64,000 nucleotides of DNA, taken from the NCBI GenBank assembly GCA_965649825.1, contig OZ287696.1, forward strand, positions 601,101-665,100. Reading direction: 5' to 3'. Below, in pieces: positions 62,959-64,000 of the stretch. A program made the position numbers and the translations under genes. Every line of letters begins with the position of its first letter. The first letter of the stretch is position 1. The notes beneath the pieces were generated by a model that saw nothing but the letters and a program-made list of their open reading frames with translations, did not search any database and had not been told where the DNA came from. This stretch comes from Penicillus capitatus (taxonomy: Eukaryota > Plantae > Chlorophyta).

Positions 62959-64000
62959 ATGGACGACGACGAAATTAACAACGACAAGTTCCAGGGTGGT
63001 AAATCAGCAGAGAATGATTTTCAGGACTGCCAAATCGAATTGGATTTGGGAATCCCGCTTCTAAAGAGAAAGAAGGGTGTGTATCAAAACTCTCTCTGCA
63101 AGTAGTCGGATAACTGTTCAATGTCTGCAATCGAGCACTCAAACGGATCATCTTTGTGCAGTGTTCACAAGTAACGACCCATTCAAGACCGACCGAAACA
63201 AAAACCACTTGGATGGGAAGTGCCGCAGTTTATCGATGGCATCGGTCCTGACCCAGTAATTCGTGCACAGTCTCAGTGGAATCATGTGGTAAAGAGATGT
63301 CAGGTGTCATTTCATTGGCTTGAAATGACTCGATCAGACTTGTGTTTTCGTTCTGATTAGATTCATGTCATTCAGCATGTGGGTGCGGTCCAGATAACTA
63401 TTCATAGTAGCAATGGGAAAACGCGACAAAACTGTCTTCTCTTTCTATATCGGTGTCCACACCAGCTTCCAGCAACAATCTCAATGACCGTGGGGGGCGA
63501 TCAAGGACGACGACTGTCACTCGCATTGACTGTTCTGTTAATCATTGGCAGCCTGACAGAGGCACTCATGACCAGGATGTCAGATCAACACGTCAACGCT
63601 TTGCTCAGCTTCCAGGTAAATGGGATGCCATCATTTGACTTGCCGTCGGAAAGATTGGACTTTCTACGAGCCAACAAACAGGTAATGAACTCTAAGCATC
63701 AAAGCAGCCAGATTTAGAAGCGGATGCATCCGTGACCACTACCGTCGTCGACTCTTTGTCGTATCTTTTCAGACACAAGCATCATATCGTCACACGAATC
63801 GCTACTGCAATGATACGAAGACACGTCCCCATTGCAGCCTTCATTGCGTCGCTCTGAAATGAGAATAGAGGCTTCAAACTGTCGTTGTTCCATCGATGCG
63901 CTCTCCGCGGAGAGCCACCATCCCTGAGCTCTCCAACTCAATCATATCGAACACGGAAGCATAAACATGCGTTCTAGTCATCCACCTTCATCGGATCCAT
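62959..64000 (+). CDS. Possible unresolved multi-exon gene
   Basis: ATG-led MDDDEINNDKF.. segment, intron-like intervals and the hydrophobic stretch LSLALTVLLIIGSLTEAL. I could not build one consistent spliced frame. Confidence 0.25.

Overview
Gene-dense eukaryotic nuclear DNA with about 30 protein genes in 64 kb. Most genes are broken by very short introns (roughly 42-73 nt), and the standard genetic code is used. The gene set points to a compact-genome chlorophyte green alga: a MET1-type DNMT1, a RanGAP with a WPP-like N-terminus, a HUA2-like CID protein, an ORP1-type PH+ORD protein and an algal-type MnSOD. An ulvophyte/Bryopsidales-like host is only a guess. Recognised genes in order: NSUN5 (5' part missing), a calmodulin-like EF-hand gene, MAEA, RAB6, RanGAP, DNMT1/MET1, MnSOD, CCT6, HUA2-like, an orphan, TPP2, LSM5, a membrane orphan, ORP, a decayed LINE, a sulfotransferase, TAF10, a RING-H2 E3, SKI2, an SDR, an orphan, two small type-I membrane proteins, ALG11, UTP23, an SR-like pseudo-RRM protein, MPP-beta, a COPI-associated/TVP15-like gene, an ankyrin/U-box protein and an unresolved 3' locus. 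I saw no rRNA, tRNA or CRISPR array. Main oddities: at least six GC-AG introns plus AAG/GAG acceptors; two adjacent orphan membrane proteins carrying an R[RK]LL protease-site motif just before a Cys-rich TM helix; CpG-rich 5' ends versus CpG-poor gene bodies, with ORP as the exception; convergent genes whose stop codons abut or overlap; and unusual domain architectures. All exon structures were traced by hand, so coordinates and start codons are approximate where stated.
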